A stretch of 64,000 nt of DNA, taken from NCBI RefSeq assembly GCF_009914755.1, contig NC_060947.1; one strand, 5' to 3'. Made by a program: the position numbers and the translations under genes. Positions 1 to 15,386 of the stretch are shown piece after piece. Every line of letters begins with the position of its first letter. Position 1 is the first letter of the stretch. The notes beneath the pieces are model-generated. The model worked only from the letters and a program-made list of their open reading frames with translations, was not told the origin of the DNA and searched no databases. The DNA is from the human T2T-CHM13v2.0 reference genome, Homo sapiens.

Positions 1-144
1 CAAAGAAAAGTGTAAAATGAAAAGTGACTACTAACAGCAAACCCTACCTTCTCACTCAAGAAATTACTGCTAACAGTTTCTTCTGGATCCTTTCAGATAT
101 TTTTGTATTTCTATTTAACTTTTTATGCATATATCATTTGCTTT

Positions 145-265
145 CTACCTCCCTAGTTAGATGCTGAACTCATTAAGTTCAGGGACTGCAGCGTCTATTT
201 CTTTCATATTCCATATACTGATTAACTCTGTGCTGGACACTTAGTAAGTACACAATAAAAATAAC
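145..265 (+). mobile_element. LINE-2 (L2) 3' end relic
   Basis: Degenerate match to the L2 3' terminus (tagatgctgaactcattaagttcagggact...gtgctggacacttagtaagtacacaataaaaata); recognised by eye. Confidence 0.55.
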
Positions 266-544
266 TGTACTTGTGATTATTCTGTTGACTCGGTTAATTA
301 AGAAAAGATGAATTGCAAGCCATTGCAATCCATGTAGAATATTATACAAAACGAGGGCAACATTTAAGACTGAATAAAAATGTGAAATCTTTAATGACAT
401 TGGTTGAGTAATCTCAGGGTCACAGCACTAAAGTTATGCATTTATTAAATTTTTGGCATGCAGTCAACATTAATATATTTGTGCAGAGAAAGTACGTGAC
501 TGTATTCTGTGGGGTATACAGATGCACAGCCACTTTTGAAGCAA

Positions 545-670
545 GCATTATTATTATCTCCATTTCATAGATGAAGAAACTAAGATTTAGAGAGGTTTAG
601 TGTTTGACCAAGTTTATACAATTAGAAGGTAGCATAGCTGGAATTCAAATTCGGACAGTCAGACTCTAAA
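545..670 (-). mobile_element. MIR SINE relic
   Basis: Reverse MIR core 'ctccatttcatagatgaagaaactaagatttagagaggtt...ggaattcaaattcggacagtcagactc'. Confidence 0.75.
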
Positions 671-3505
671 TAATATTACTTTATTTTCCCTATGTGATGC
701 TACTACTCACACAAATATACTGGGACTTTTTGTATCAACAGTACTAGATGACTGTAATATTCTTGGCTAAAGTTCATCTCCCCAACAGACTCACGAGAAG
801 CAGATTAATAAAGATGATTTCTTGCACTTGGAGGTTAAAATCATGCCAAGCTCAATCACAGCAAGATCAAGTGTCTGCCTATCAAGTATTCTTTCCTGTG
901 GATACCAGGTATTCAAGTTCATGATAGCTGCTGAAATAGATAAAAACAGTAGAAAACCATAGCAGGAGTAGGGAGAATAATCTTTTTGTACAAATATACT
1001 TTCTTGATCAGGGTAGACGTTCTTTATTTCTTCTTGATTTTTAGGGTGCCTTTACGTTTTCTTATTAAAGATTATCTAGTGATTCTTCCAAAAATTACAT
1101 ATACAGAACCAAGGTCCAATAAGATTGAAGAAATGTTACTACAGAGAAATTACAAGAATATTGTGACTTTCATAGAGGCTGACATATGCAGCACCATGCC
1201 AGAATGCCTGGTTTAGTCTTATAAAAGTATTTAGTTATCTCCGTCCTATGAAAGAAGCCAGGACTGTCTCACTCAGTTGGATAATAATTACTTCCTAGAA
1301 CATTCTTCCTCTGAATAGTAGGTATCTCCATGAGTGTTTCTCTCTAAATATGATAGTTGTCTTTTTTCTGAAAGCCTGTCACTTTAAGTGTTGGTCTTCT
1401 TCCTGAAAGCCAGTCACTTGCAGAGAGGCAAAAATGCAAAAAACAGCCAAAGTGATATTTGATGAGACTTGTTTTACTGGCATGCTTCTAATCTGAAAAT
1501 CTTCAACTTGCATGCAAGTCTCTATGCATATTTGTACGTGGAGACTTTGAAAAAGATTTTCAGTATCAGCTTCTAGAAGAAGATTCATTTCCTTCCAGTA
1601 TATCTCATAAAAAGGAATACTTCTGTGAAATAGAATATATGCATCATGGAAGCATTCAAGAATTTAGAGGAGATATGTTATTGTTACTAATTATTAACTT
1701 ATATCTACACAGTGATATACAGCACATAATAGGATAGAAGTAAAATATTCAGTTGTCTTGAATTGTCATGGCCTAACCTGACGCAGAGGAGGGCAAGGAT
1801 CCACAGATAAAAAACACAGTGCCACCTATCCCACACCCAATTGTCTTAATGGATCACAGCAAATAAGACCCACTGGCCACATTCTTTATTCAGTGTTAAT
1901 AGTAGGTAGGAGAAAAATATATTTTGAAAAGAACATATTTATCACGACATATTTCATGAAAATGTTTCGTTCAACAGGTATGTTACTTGCCTAGGGAAGA
2001 TCTCTTATCACAGCATGTCTGTATTTTCATGTAAGTGATCAAAATCATGTTTTAGGCTTGTCAAACAATTAAAAAAATGGAAATATACTTGAACCAAAAT
2101 GTGTCTAGAAATATGCAAACTACTAATTCTTAATACCCTGCTCTTTTTGTTAACATGTAAATTCCCAGCCTTCTAAAAAGCATCCTACTGTCATTAAACT
2201 CAGTTTAATGACAAGAATTATTTTCCTCAATGTATGTATTCAGAATTTAACTCCAAAAGCAAAATTAATAGTATAAAGATTATGGACACAGAGTCATGAT
2301 CCTAACTCTATGTATACCCTAGTTTTAAAAGTGATTATCTTGCTCAAGATGCCATAACTAATAACTGGAGAAGCAGTATTTGAATCTACGTGTCATCACT
2401 CCAAGGCCAATGGGCGTCCTGGAACACCAAGTTGTCTTCCAGAGATTAAGAAGAAAAGGCCATAGTATTGGTTGGGAGCCAAGATGGCTGAATAGGAACA
2501 GCTCCGGTCTACAGTTCCCAGCATGAGCAACGCAGAAGACGGGTGACTTCTGCATTTCCATCTGAGGTACCAGGTTCATCTCACTAGAGAGTGCCAGACA
2601 GTGGGCTCAGGACAGTGGGTGCAGCACACCATGCGTGAGCCAAAGCAGGGTGAGGCATTGCCTCACTCAGGAAGCACAAGGGGTCAGGGAGTTCCCTTTC
2701 CTAGTCAAAGAAAGGGGTGACAGATGGCACCTGGAAAATCGGGTGACTCCCACCTGAATACTGCACTTTTCCAACGGGCTTAAAAAACAGCGCACCAGGA
2801 GATTATATCCTGCACCTGGCTTGGAGGGTCCTATGCCAACAGAGTCTCGCTGATTGCTAGCACAGCAGTCTGAGATCAAACTGCAAGGTGGCAGCGAGGC
2901 TGGGGGAGGGATGCCCGCTATTGCCCAGGCTTGCTTAGGTAAACAAAGCAGTTGGGAAGCTTGAACTGGGTGGAGCCCACCACAGCTCAAGGAGGCCTGC
3001 CTGCCTCTGTAGGCTCCACCTCTGGGGGCAGGGCACAGACAAACAAAAAGACAGCAGTAACCTCTGCAGACTTGAATGTCCCTGTCTGACAGCTTTGAAG
3101 AGAGCAGTGGTTCTCCTAGCACGCAGCTGGAGATCTGAGAACGGGCAGACTGCCTCCTCAAGTGGGTCCCTGACCCCTGACCCCCGAGCAGCCTAACTGG
3201 GAGGCACCCCCCCAGTAGGGGCAGACTGACATCTCACACGGCCGGGTACTCCTCTGAGACAAAACTTCCAGAGGAACGATCAGACAGCAGCATTCGCAGT
3301 TCACAATAATCCTATGTTCTGCAGCCACTGCTGCTGGTACCCAGGGAAACAGGGTCTGGAGTGGACCTCTAGCAAACTCCAACAGACCTGCAGCTGAGGG
3401 TCCTGTCTGTTAGAAGGAAAACTAACAAACAGAAAGGACATCCACACCAAAAACCCATCTGTACATCACCATCATCAAAGACCAAAAGTAGATAAAACCA
3501 CAAAG

Positions 3506-4522
3506 ATGGGGAAAAAATAGAGCAGAAAAACTGGATACTCTAAAAAGCAGAGTGCCTCTCCTCCTCCAAAGGAATGCAGTTTCTCACCAGTAACAGAACA
3601 AAGCTGGAAGGAGAATGACTTTGACGAGCTGAGAGAAGAAGGCTTCAGACGATCAAATTACTCTGAGCTACGGGAGGACATTCAAACCAAAGGTAAAGAA
3701 GTTGAAAACTTTGAAAAAAATTTAGAAGAATGTATAACTAGAATAACCAATACAGAGAAGTGCTTAAAGGAGCTGATGGAGCTGAAAGCCAAGGCTCAAG
3801 AACTACGTGAAGAATGCAGAAGCCTCAGGAGCCGATGCAATCAACTGGAAGAAAGGGTATCAGTGATGGAAGATGAAATGAATGAAATGAAGCGAGAAGG
3901 GAAGTTTACAGAAAAAAGAATAAAAAGAAACGAACAAAGCATCCAAGAAATATGGGACTATGTGAAAAGACCAAATCTACGTCTGATTGGTGTACCTGAA
4001 AATGACGGGGAGAATGGAACCAAGTTGGAAAATACTCTGCAGGATATTATCCAGGAGAACTTCCCCAATCTAGCAAGGCAGGCCAACATTCAGATTCAGG
4101 AAATACAGAGAACGCCACAAAGATACTCCTCGAGAAGAGCAACTCCAAGACACATAATTGTCAGATTCACCAAAGTTGAAATGAAGGAAAAAATGTTAAG
4201 GGCAGCCAGAGAGAAAGGTCGGGTTACCCACAAAGGGAAGCCCATCAGACTAACAGCGGATCTCTCAGCAGAAAATCTACAAGCCAGAAGAGAGTGGGGG
4301 CCAATATTCAACATTCTTAAAGAAAAGAATTTTCAACCCAGAATTTCATATCCAGCCAAACTAAGCTTCATAAGTGAAGGAGAAATAAAATACTTCACAG
4401 ACAAGCAAATGCTGAGAGATTTTGTCACCACCAGGCCTGCCCTACAAGAGCTCCTGAAGGAAGCACTAAACATGGAAAGGAACAACCAGTACCAGCCACT
4501 GCAAAATCATGCCAAATTGTAA
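3506..4522 (+). pseudogene. L1 ORF1p (RNA-binding chaperone), premature TAG at codon 5; otherwise open to its normal stop
   Basis: ATG GGG AAA AAA TAG at 3506-3520; I read no further stop up to the in-frame ATG at 3776; the track ORF 3776-4522 has the RPNLRLIGVPE, REKG and YPAKLS motifs. Confidence 0.92.
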
Positions 4523-4585
4523 AGACCATCAAGGCTAGGAAGAAACTGCATCAACTAACAAGCAAAATAACCAGCTAAAATCATA

Positions 4586-8410
<3,825 letters not shown>

Positions 8411-8637
8411 ACAATGAGAACACATGGATACAGGAAGGGGACCATCACACTCTGGGGACTGTTGTGGGGTGGGGGGAGGGGGGAGGGATAGCATTAGGAG
8501 ATACACCTAATGCTAAATGACGAGTTAATGGGTGCAGCACACCAGCATGGCACATGTATACATATGTAACTAACCTGCACATTGGGCACATGTACCCTAA
8601 AACTTAAAGTATAATAATAATAAAATAAAATAAAAAA

Positions 8638-8652
8638 AGAGAGAGAGAGAGA
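8638..8652 (+). repeat. (GA)n microsatellite at the end of the L1 tail
   Basis: agagagagagagaga seen directly. Confidence 0.8.
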
Positions 8653-9629
8653 TAAAGGACATTTTTAATGGGCCAAGGATTGAACATAGAACTTCTTTCC
8701 TTAGTCAAAATTAATTTGGGGGAAAAACACAACATCAATGCTCTAAACCCTTTTGATAATTAAAAACAAAGTATTCTTCCTTGTTTACTTTATTCAGAGC
8801 ATGGGCTGGTTATCACACACTTTTGCCAATATGTAACTTGACAGTTTCACTTTTCTACCTGAACAACTTGAGAATCTAATGATCATTTGAATTCTTCCTT
8901 TTCCTAGAAGAAATGTGATCTCTGTATTTGAATACCTAAGCCTGTCACTTTTGAAGATGAAAAATTGAAAGTAATCAAAATCAAATAAAACAAGGTAACA
9001 AGATAAATTTTTCAAATAGGATAAATATTCTTAAACGTCTATACTTCAATTCTATTAACATTTTGCTAAGAATATACTTGTGCCTATGTATAGCAAAAAG
9101 TATTAATCTTATTCATGCATGAATTTTGATTTTCCTAAAAAATACAAGCTATTATCTACTTGAGCAGCTGGAATATAAAATTATTAGTAACTTTCTCTTT
9201 GCTTAGAAACTTAAGGACAGGGACTGTTTATGGTAGGTAATGATAAAGTTGTTTACTTTGGAAAGTTACATTTGTAATTCTCTCATATTTGAATATTCTT
9301 GTAAAGTGTCTTAGGTATGCACTTTACAATAATTAATTTCATTGTTTCATCTATCACCATAAATGACTCTTCCTGATGTCAACCTAGATTCATCACAGGC
9401 TGTAAGAGGTTAATTTCTTTACTGAAAACCCACCATAAATATTACTGATCTGTGTGTATATTCTCTGTAGATAGAGGTAAACAAAATGAGCTAGATTTTC
9501 CATAGAATCACTTTATATATAGGACTAAGAAAATATATTTTAGAGGCTAGGCAGCAAGCTGGAAAGAATAGAGCTAGTATTTCATTAATCCCCTTAGTCT
9601 ACTGAATAATAATACTAATACTAGTAATA

Positions 9630-9830
9630 ATACCAGCTTATTAATCATTCACTATATAGCAGAAAACCAGTGCTAAGTATTTTGTACATTATCTCAGTTA
9701 TTCCATGCAGCTCTATGAAACAGATGGCATTATTATTCCCATTTACTGATGAGAATCTGACTTTACAGAAAATAAATTAAGTTGCTCTGCATACCTTGAC
9801 ATTAAATTTAGGTTTGTCTGACTCCTAAAC
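9630..9830 (-). mobile_element. MIR SINE relic
   Basis: 'gtgctaagtattttgtacattatctcag...attattcccatttactgatgagaatctga' is a reverse MIR core. Confidence 0.7.
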
Positions 9831-10068
9831 CAGTTTTCTCATATATATGTGTAGTGGAGGCATTATCAGAGAAGAAAACACAACAATGATGCAATTTGTT
9901 TATCTTTTTTTTGTGAGCAAGATTGCCAGGTAAGTCAGAGTTAATTTGCAAGTAGGATGCCAGGGGATGGGACAAATATTGATAAAGAAATGGAAATTCC
10001 TGGAAAATACAAAATAACCAGTGAATAGAGGGCTATTCCTTATCTAGTGGTAGACAGAATAGAGCCTC

Positions 10069-10246
10069 AACACACACACACACACATACACAACACACAC
10101 ACATACACAACACACACACATACACAACACACACACATATATACATATGTGTGTATATATATGTGTGTGTGTGTGTGTGCATGTGTTGTGTATGTGTGTG
10201 TGTGTGTGTGTGTGTGTATCTATATATAGAGAGAGAGACAGAGAGA
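10069..10246. repeat. Compound (CA)n/(TA)n/(TG)n/(GA)n microsatellite arranged as an inverted repeat
   Basis: CA-rich arm about 10069-10145 followed by TG-rich arm about 10148-10217, then (TA)/(GA). Confidence 0.9.
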
Positions 10247-10411
10247 AATCTTTATAAGGGTAGGGGATATTAGACCTTCAAGAGTCATTGAGGGTAGCCT
10301 CTCAGAAGGGTAGTTGTAGGTGGCAGACTGCATAAAAGTTATGAGAGAGAAAATGTTTTCTAAAGATGGGGATGGGGTGGTGGGAAGAGTTACTGTGAAG
10401 AAAAGGTAGGA

Positions 10412-10916
10412 TACTGGTTTGTCAGGGTTCTCCAGAGAAACAGAACCCATTGGAGATATATTAGAGAGGGAAAGGAAGAGGGAGAGATTTATTATAAGGA
10501 ATTGGCTCACATGATTATGGAGGCTGAAAAGTCCCAAGATCTGCAGTCAGCAAGCTGGAGACCTAGAAGAGCACATAATGTAATTTGAGTCTGGCAGGCT
10601 CAAGATCCCAGAATAGCTAATGACTGGGTTTGAGTCTGAAGGCAGAAAAAACCCAATGTTCCACCTGGAAGGCTGTCAGGTAGGAAGAGTTTCCTCTTAT
10701 TAGAAGGAGGGTCAATCTTCTTGTTCTATTCAGGTGTTAGGGTGATTGGATGAGTCCTACCCACATTAAGAAGGGCAATCAGCTTTACTTAGTCTACTGA
10801 TTCAAATGTTAATTGCACCTCCAAACACACTCACGGACAAACCCAAAGTAATATTTGAATGAATGTCTGGGTGCCCCATAAGTCAGTCAAGATGACACAT
10901 AAAATTAATGAACACA
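10412..10916 (-). mobile_element. MLT2-family (ERVL) solo LTR
   Basis: 'gtcagggttctccagagaaacagaacc...aaggaattggctcacatgattatggaggctgaaaagtcccaagatctgcagtcagcaagctggagacc' and the end 'gacacataaaattaatgaacaca'. Confidence 0.85.
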
Positions 10917-11538
10917 CTGGCTATACTGATTACAGTTCATTAAAATGATGGTTTTTAGAAATAATCCTCTTAAAACAACAGTTTCAGGAAGGACATAGTT
11001 ATGTGGGAAATTTGAAACAGTTGGCTGATAGACTTTAACATAATGGGCTCAAGCATGGCACGATGTTAAGGCCGTGACATTAAATATCTCCCCCAAAGAA
11101 TTACTGCAACAGAGCTATGTATAATAACAACTGAGTGGTAGGTGTACTAGAGTAGTATAGGTAGCATACTCCTTAAGTTTTGCTTCCAGGAAAAAGCCTT
11201 TCTCCCACCTCCATCTCCTTCACTCCAGTACTACTTAAGCAATTGACAGGAAAAAAAATTACCTAAAATATCACAGAAGTTAGAAATTTCTGTGATGATT
11301 CTGAAGGGAAGGCCTATAAGGAAATGAGAAGTCTCATTAAAAGAAGTATTACCAGCTACAGTGTTACATGTTTAGCCCAATTTCCTGTTTAGTGGTCTCT
11401 AAGATAAAGTAAAAATGCAAATAATAACTTTTTTTAGGAAGAAACACAGATCCTCACACAAGACTGATAAAATGAACAAAGGCTAAGAATAATAGGAGAT
11501 TGGTGGAAAAAATAAAAGATAGAATAAAATAAGGACTT

Positions 11539-14277
11539 TGATATGTTTTGGATCTGTGTCCCTGACCAAATCTCACATTGAATTGTAATCCCCAATTTTG
11601 GAGGTGGAGCCTGGTGGGAGGTGATTGAATCACGTGTGCGGTTTCTAATGAATGGTTTAACACCATCACACTGGGTACTGTTCTCCTGAAGGTGAGTGAG
11701 TTCTCATAAGACCTGGTTGTTTAAAAATGTGTAGCACCTCCCCTAACCTCTTCTTCCTGCTATGGCCATGTGAAGTTCTGGCTCATCCTTTGCCTTCCAT
11801 CATGATTGTAAGTTTCTTGAGGCTTCCTCAGAAGCTGAACAGATGGCCAGCATCATGCTGCTGTAAGGCTGGCGGAACCATGAGCTAATTAAACCCCTTT
11901 TCTTTATAAATTACCCAGTCTCAGGTAGTTCTTTATAGCAATGTGAGAACGAACTAATGCAGAAAGTTGGTACCAAGGAGAGGGTCTTTGCTATAAAGAT
12001 ACCTGAAAATGTGGAAGCAGCTTTGGAACTGGACAACAAGCAGAGGTTGGAAGAGTGTGGAGAGCTTACAAGAAGACAGGAAGATGAGGGAAGGTTTGGA
12101 ACTTCCTAGAGACTTGTTAAATTGTTGTGACCAGGCCAGGCATGGTGGCTCACACCTGTAATCCCAGCACTTTGGGAGGCTGAGGCAGGTGGATCACTTT
12201 AGGTCAGGAGTTCAAGACCAGCCTGGCCAACATTGTGAAACCTGGTCTCTGCTAAAAATACAAAAGTTAGCCAGGTGCAGTGGTGCATGCCTGTAATCCC
12301 AACTGCTCGGGAGGCTGAGGCATAAGAATCGCTTGAACCCAGGAGGCGGAGGTTGCAGTGAGCCGAGATTGCACCACTGCGCCACTACACTCCAAACCTG
12401 GGTGACAAAGCGAGACTCTATCTCAAAAAAAAAAAATGTTGTGATCAAAATGCTGATAGTGATACGGACAATGAAGACCAGGCTGAGGAGGTCTCAGATG
12501 GAAATGAGAAACATATTGGCAATTGGAGCAGAGGTCACTAGTGTTATGCACTGGCAAAGAGGTTGGCTGTATTATGCCCCTGCCGTAGGAATCTGTGAAA
12601 CTTTGAACTTAAGAGTGATGATTTAGGGTATCTGGCAGGAGAAATTTCTAAGCAGCAAAGCATTCAAGATGTGCCATGGCTGCTTCTAACAACGTATGCT
12701 CATATACGTGGGCAAAGAAATGACCTGAAACTGGAAATTATATTTAAAAGGGAAGCCGAGCATTGATGTTTGGAAAATTTGCAGCTGGATATGTGGTAGA
12801 AAAGAAAAACCCATTTCCTGGTGAGGAATTCAAGCCAGCTGCAGAAATTTGCATAAGTAAAGGGGAGCCAAAGGTCATTAGCCAGGACAATGGGGAGGCA
12901 TCAAAGGCATTTCAGAGACAATCATGGTAGCCCTTCCCATTATAAACCTAGAGGCCTAGGCAAGAAAAATAGTTTCACAGATGTGGGACACTGCTCCTCA
13001 CATCCCAGCTGCTCCAGTTTGAGCTGTGGCTCAAACAGGCTCAGGTATAGCTTGGGCCGCTGCCCCAGGGGGTGCAAGCTGCAAGCCTTGGTGGCTTCCA
13101 TGTGGTGGTAAGCCTGAAGGTGAACAGAGTGCTGAGGCTTAGGAGCCTCTACCTAGATTTCAGAGGATGCAAGGAGAAGCCTGGATTTCCAAGCAGAAGC
13201 CTGTTGCAGGAGCAGAGCCCTCATGAAGAACCTCTACTAGGGTAGTGCAGAATAAATATGTGGGGTTGGGGCCCCTACACAGAGTCCCCACTGGGGCACT
13301 GTTTAGTGGAGCAGTGAGAACAGTGCCATTATTCTCCAGACCCCAGAATAGTAGATCCACCAGCAGTTACACCGTGCACCTGGAAAAGCTGCAGGCTCTC
13401 CACACTAGCCCATGAAAGCAGTTGTGGGGGCTGAACCCTGCAAATTCACAGGGGAGGAGCTGCTCGAGACTTTGGGAGCTCACCTCTTGCACCAATGTGT
13501 TCCAGATTTGGGACATGGAGTCAAAGGAGATTATTTGGCAGCTTTATGGTTTAATGATTACTCTGCTGGGTTTTAGATTTGTGTAGGGCCTGTAGCCCCT
13601 TTCTTTTGCCTGATTTCTGCCTTTTGGAATGGGAGTATTTACCCAATGCCCTATACCTCTATTGTATCTTGGAAGTAACTAACTCATTTTTTATTTTGCA
13701 GGCTCATAGGTAGAAGGGACTAGACTTTTCTCAGATGAAACTTTGGATTTCGCACTTTTAAGTTAATACTGCAACGATTTTAGACTTTGGGGAACTGTTG
13801 GGAAGGCAAAATTGTATTTTGAAATGTGAGAAGGACGTGAGGTTTGGAAGGGGCCAGGGACAGAATGATTGGCTCTGTGTCCCCACTCAAATCTCATGTT
13901 GAATTGTAAACCCCACTGTTGGAGGTGGAACCTGGTGGGAGTTGATTGAATCATGGTGGTGGTTTCTCATGAATGGTTTAACATCATTCTTTTGGGTGTT
14001 GTTCTTGTGATGGTGAGTCGTTTCTCATAAGAGCTGATTGTTTAAAAGTGTATAGCACCTCCCTCCTCTCTCTCTTCATTTTGCTGTGGCCACGTAAGAT
14101 TTGCTTGCATCCCGTTTGGATTCCACCATGATTGAAAGTTTCCTGAGGCCTCTCCAGAAGCCATCATGCTTCCTGTACAACCTATGGAAATGTGAGGTAG
14201 TGAAACCTTTTTTTTTTTTAAATAAACTACCCAGTTTCAGGTATTTCTTTAGAGCAGTGCAAAAACAGACTAATATA
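11539..14277 (+). mobile_element. Complete MSTA-type MaLR element: 5' LTR 11539-11961, internal region, 3' LTR about 13866-14277
   Basis: LTR begins TGATATG..GGATCTGTGTCCC and ends ACTAAT(G/A)(C/T)A; flanking 5-bp TSD gactt (11534-11538) / gattt (14278-14282); MST-int sequence between the LTRs. Confidence 0.88.
12134..12436 (+). mobile_element. AluS element nested in the MST internal region
   Basis: Dimeric Alu with poly(A); TSD aaattgttgtgacca / aaaatgttgtgatca. Confidence 0.95.
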
Positions 14278-14699
14278 GATTTTACGAAAAGAAAAACCGA
14301 GTTCAAGAAAAGTGAAAGGCAGTCAAATTATAAGTTAAACATATGGCCAAGAGCCATTCATTTATCATTATTTTGCAATTCAACTATTAAAAGAGAGTAA
14401 GAATGAAACAGCAAACTTGCCATTTCTTTATTTAAGGAATGCTTTATTCACAGAATTATACATTTTCACGTTATACATATATATATGTCTGTGTGTGTGT
14501 GTGTGTTGGAAAAGGTTGAACAAGTAAATCTTTATCTGTGCTACACCAATGCACAAAGGAAAACCAGCATTATATAAATAGTAATTTAGTGTAAGTTTGT
14601 TACTGGAACAATTAGTTTTAAAAGTTAATTAGCTTTATACAAAGAGAAAAAGTCTATAGAGACCCAAAACATCAATAAAGTAAATAAACAATTCATTTT

Positions 14700-14977
14700 T
14701 AAAATAGAATTGCAAGCTGCAAATGAAAATTAGAAAATAATTCAATTTATAATACTATCAAGAAGAATAAAATACTTAGGAATAAATTTAACCAAGGAGG
14801 TATGATACATGTATGGCGAACTGCAAAACATTCCTAAAAAATTATAGAAATCCTAGATAAATGTAAAAGCCTTCCACATTTATGGAATAGACAAATTAGT
14901 ATTGTTAATATGGCAATACTCCCCATATTGATATGGAAAGTCAATGAAATTCCTGTCAAATTTCCAGGTTGCTTTTT

Positions 14978-15012
<35 letters not shown>

Positions 15013-15202
15013 GAAATTGACATGCAGATCCTAAAATTCACAGTGAAATTAAAGAAAACCAGAATAGCCAACATAAGAACGAAAGTTGGAGCACTCACAA
15101 GTTATTACTTCAAAACTTACTACAAAGCTACAGTAATCAAAACTGTGTGGTACTAGCATGAAGAAGGACATATGAATCAATGGAAGGAAATTGAGAGTCT
15201 AG
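14700..15202 (+). mobile_element. Old L1M (L1MB-like) ORF2 3' fragment
   Basis: Degenerate ORF2 translation FKTYYKATVIKTVWY; 'aaaatacttaggaataaatttaaccaaggagg'. Confidence 0.75.
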
Positions 15203-15386
15203 TCTAAATAAAAGAAAAAAATGTTAAAGGCAGCTAGAGAGAAAGGCCAGGTTATCTACAAAGGGTAGCTCTTTGTATCCCATGTTCTCCAGCTGACAGA
15301 GGTTTCAGTACTCCCTGGAGCAAAGCTCTCAGGGAGATGAGCGGGATGCCATCTTTGCTGTTTGGGCTACAGTGAACCTCTCAGCA

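Noticed and set aside
1506-1519. 14-bp palindrome ACTTGCATGCAAGT, and a nearby 17-bp imperfect duplication (about 1368-1419)
   Set aside because: A few palindromes of this size are expected by chance in 64 kb, and there is no supporting context
2440-2473. Possible TSD of the L1PA3 (aaaggccat versus aaaggacat near 8654)
   Set aside because: Short, mismatched and not flush with the element ends, so I could not call a TSD
2667-3161. 164-aa antisense ORF containing L1 ORF0-like sequence (PPPASLPPCSLISDCCAS)
   Set aside because: It is the known L1 ORF0 region, but the ORF0 start reads ATA here and the track ORF starts at TTG, so there is no ATG-initiated ORF0
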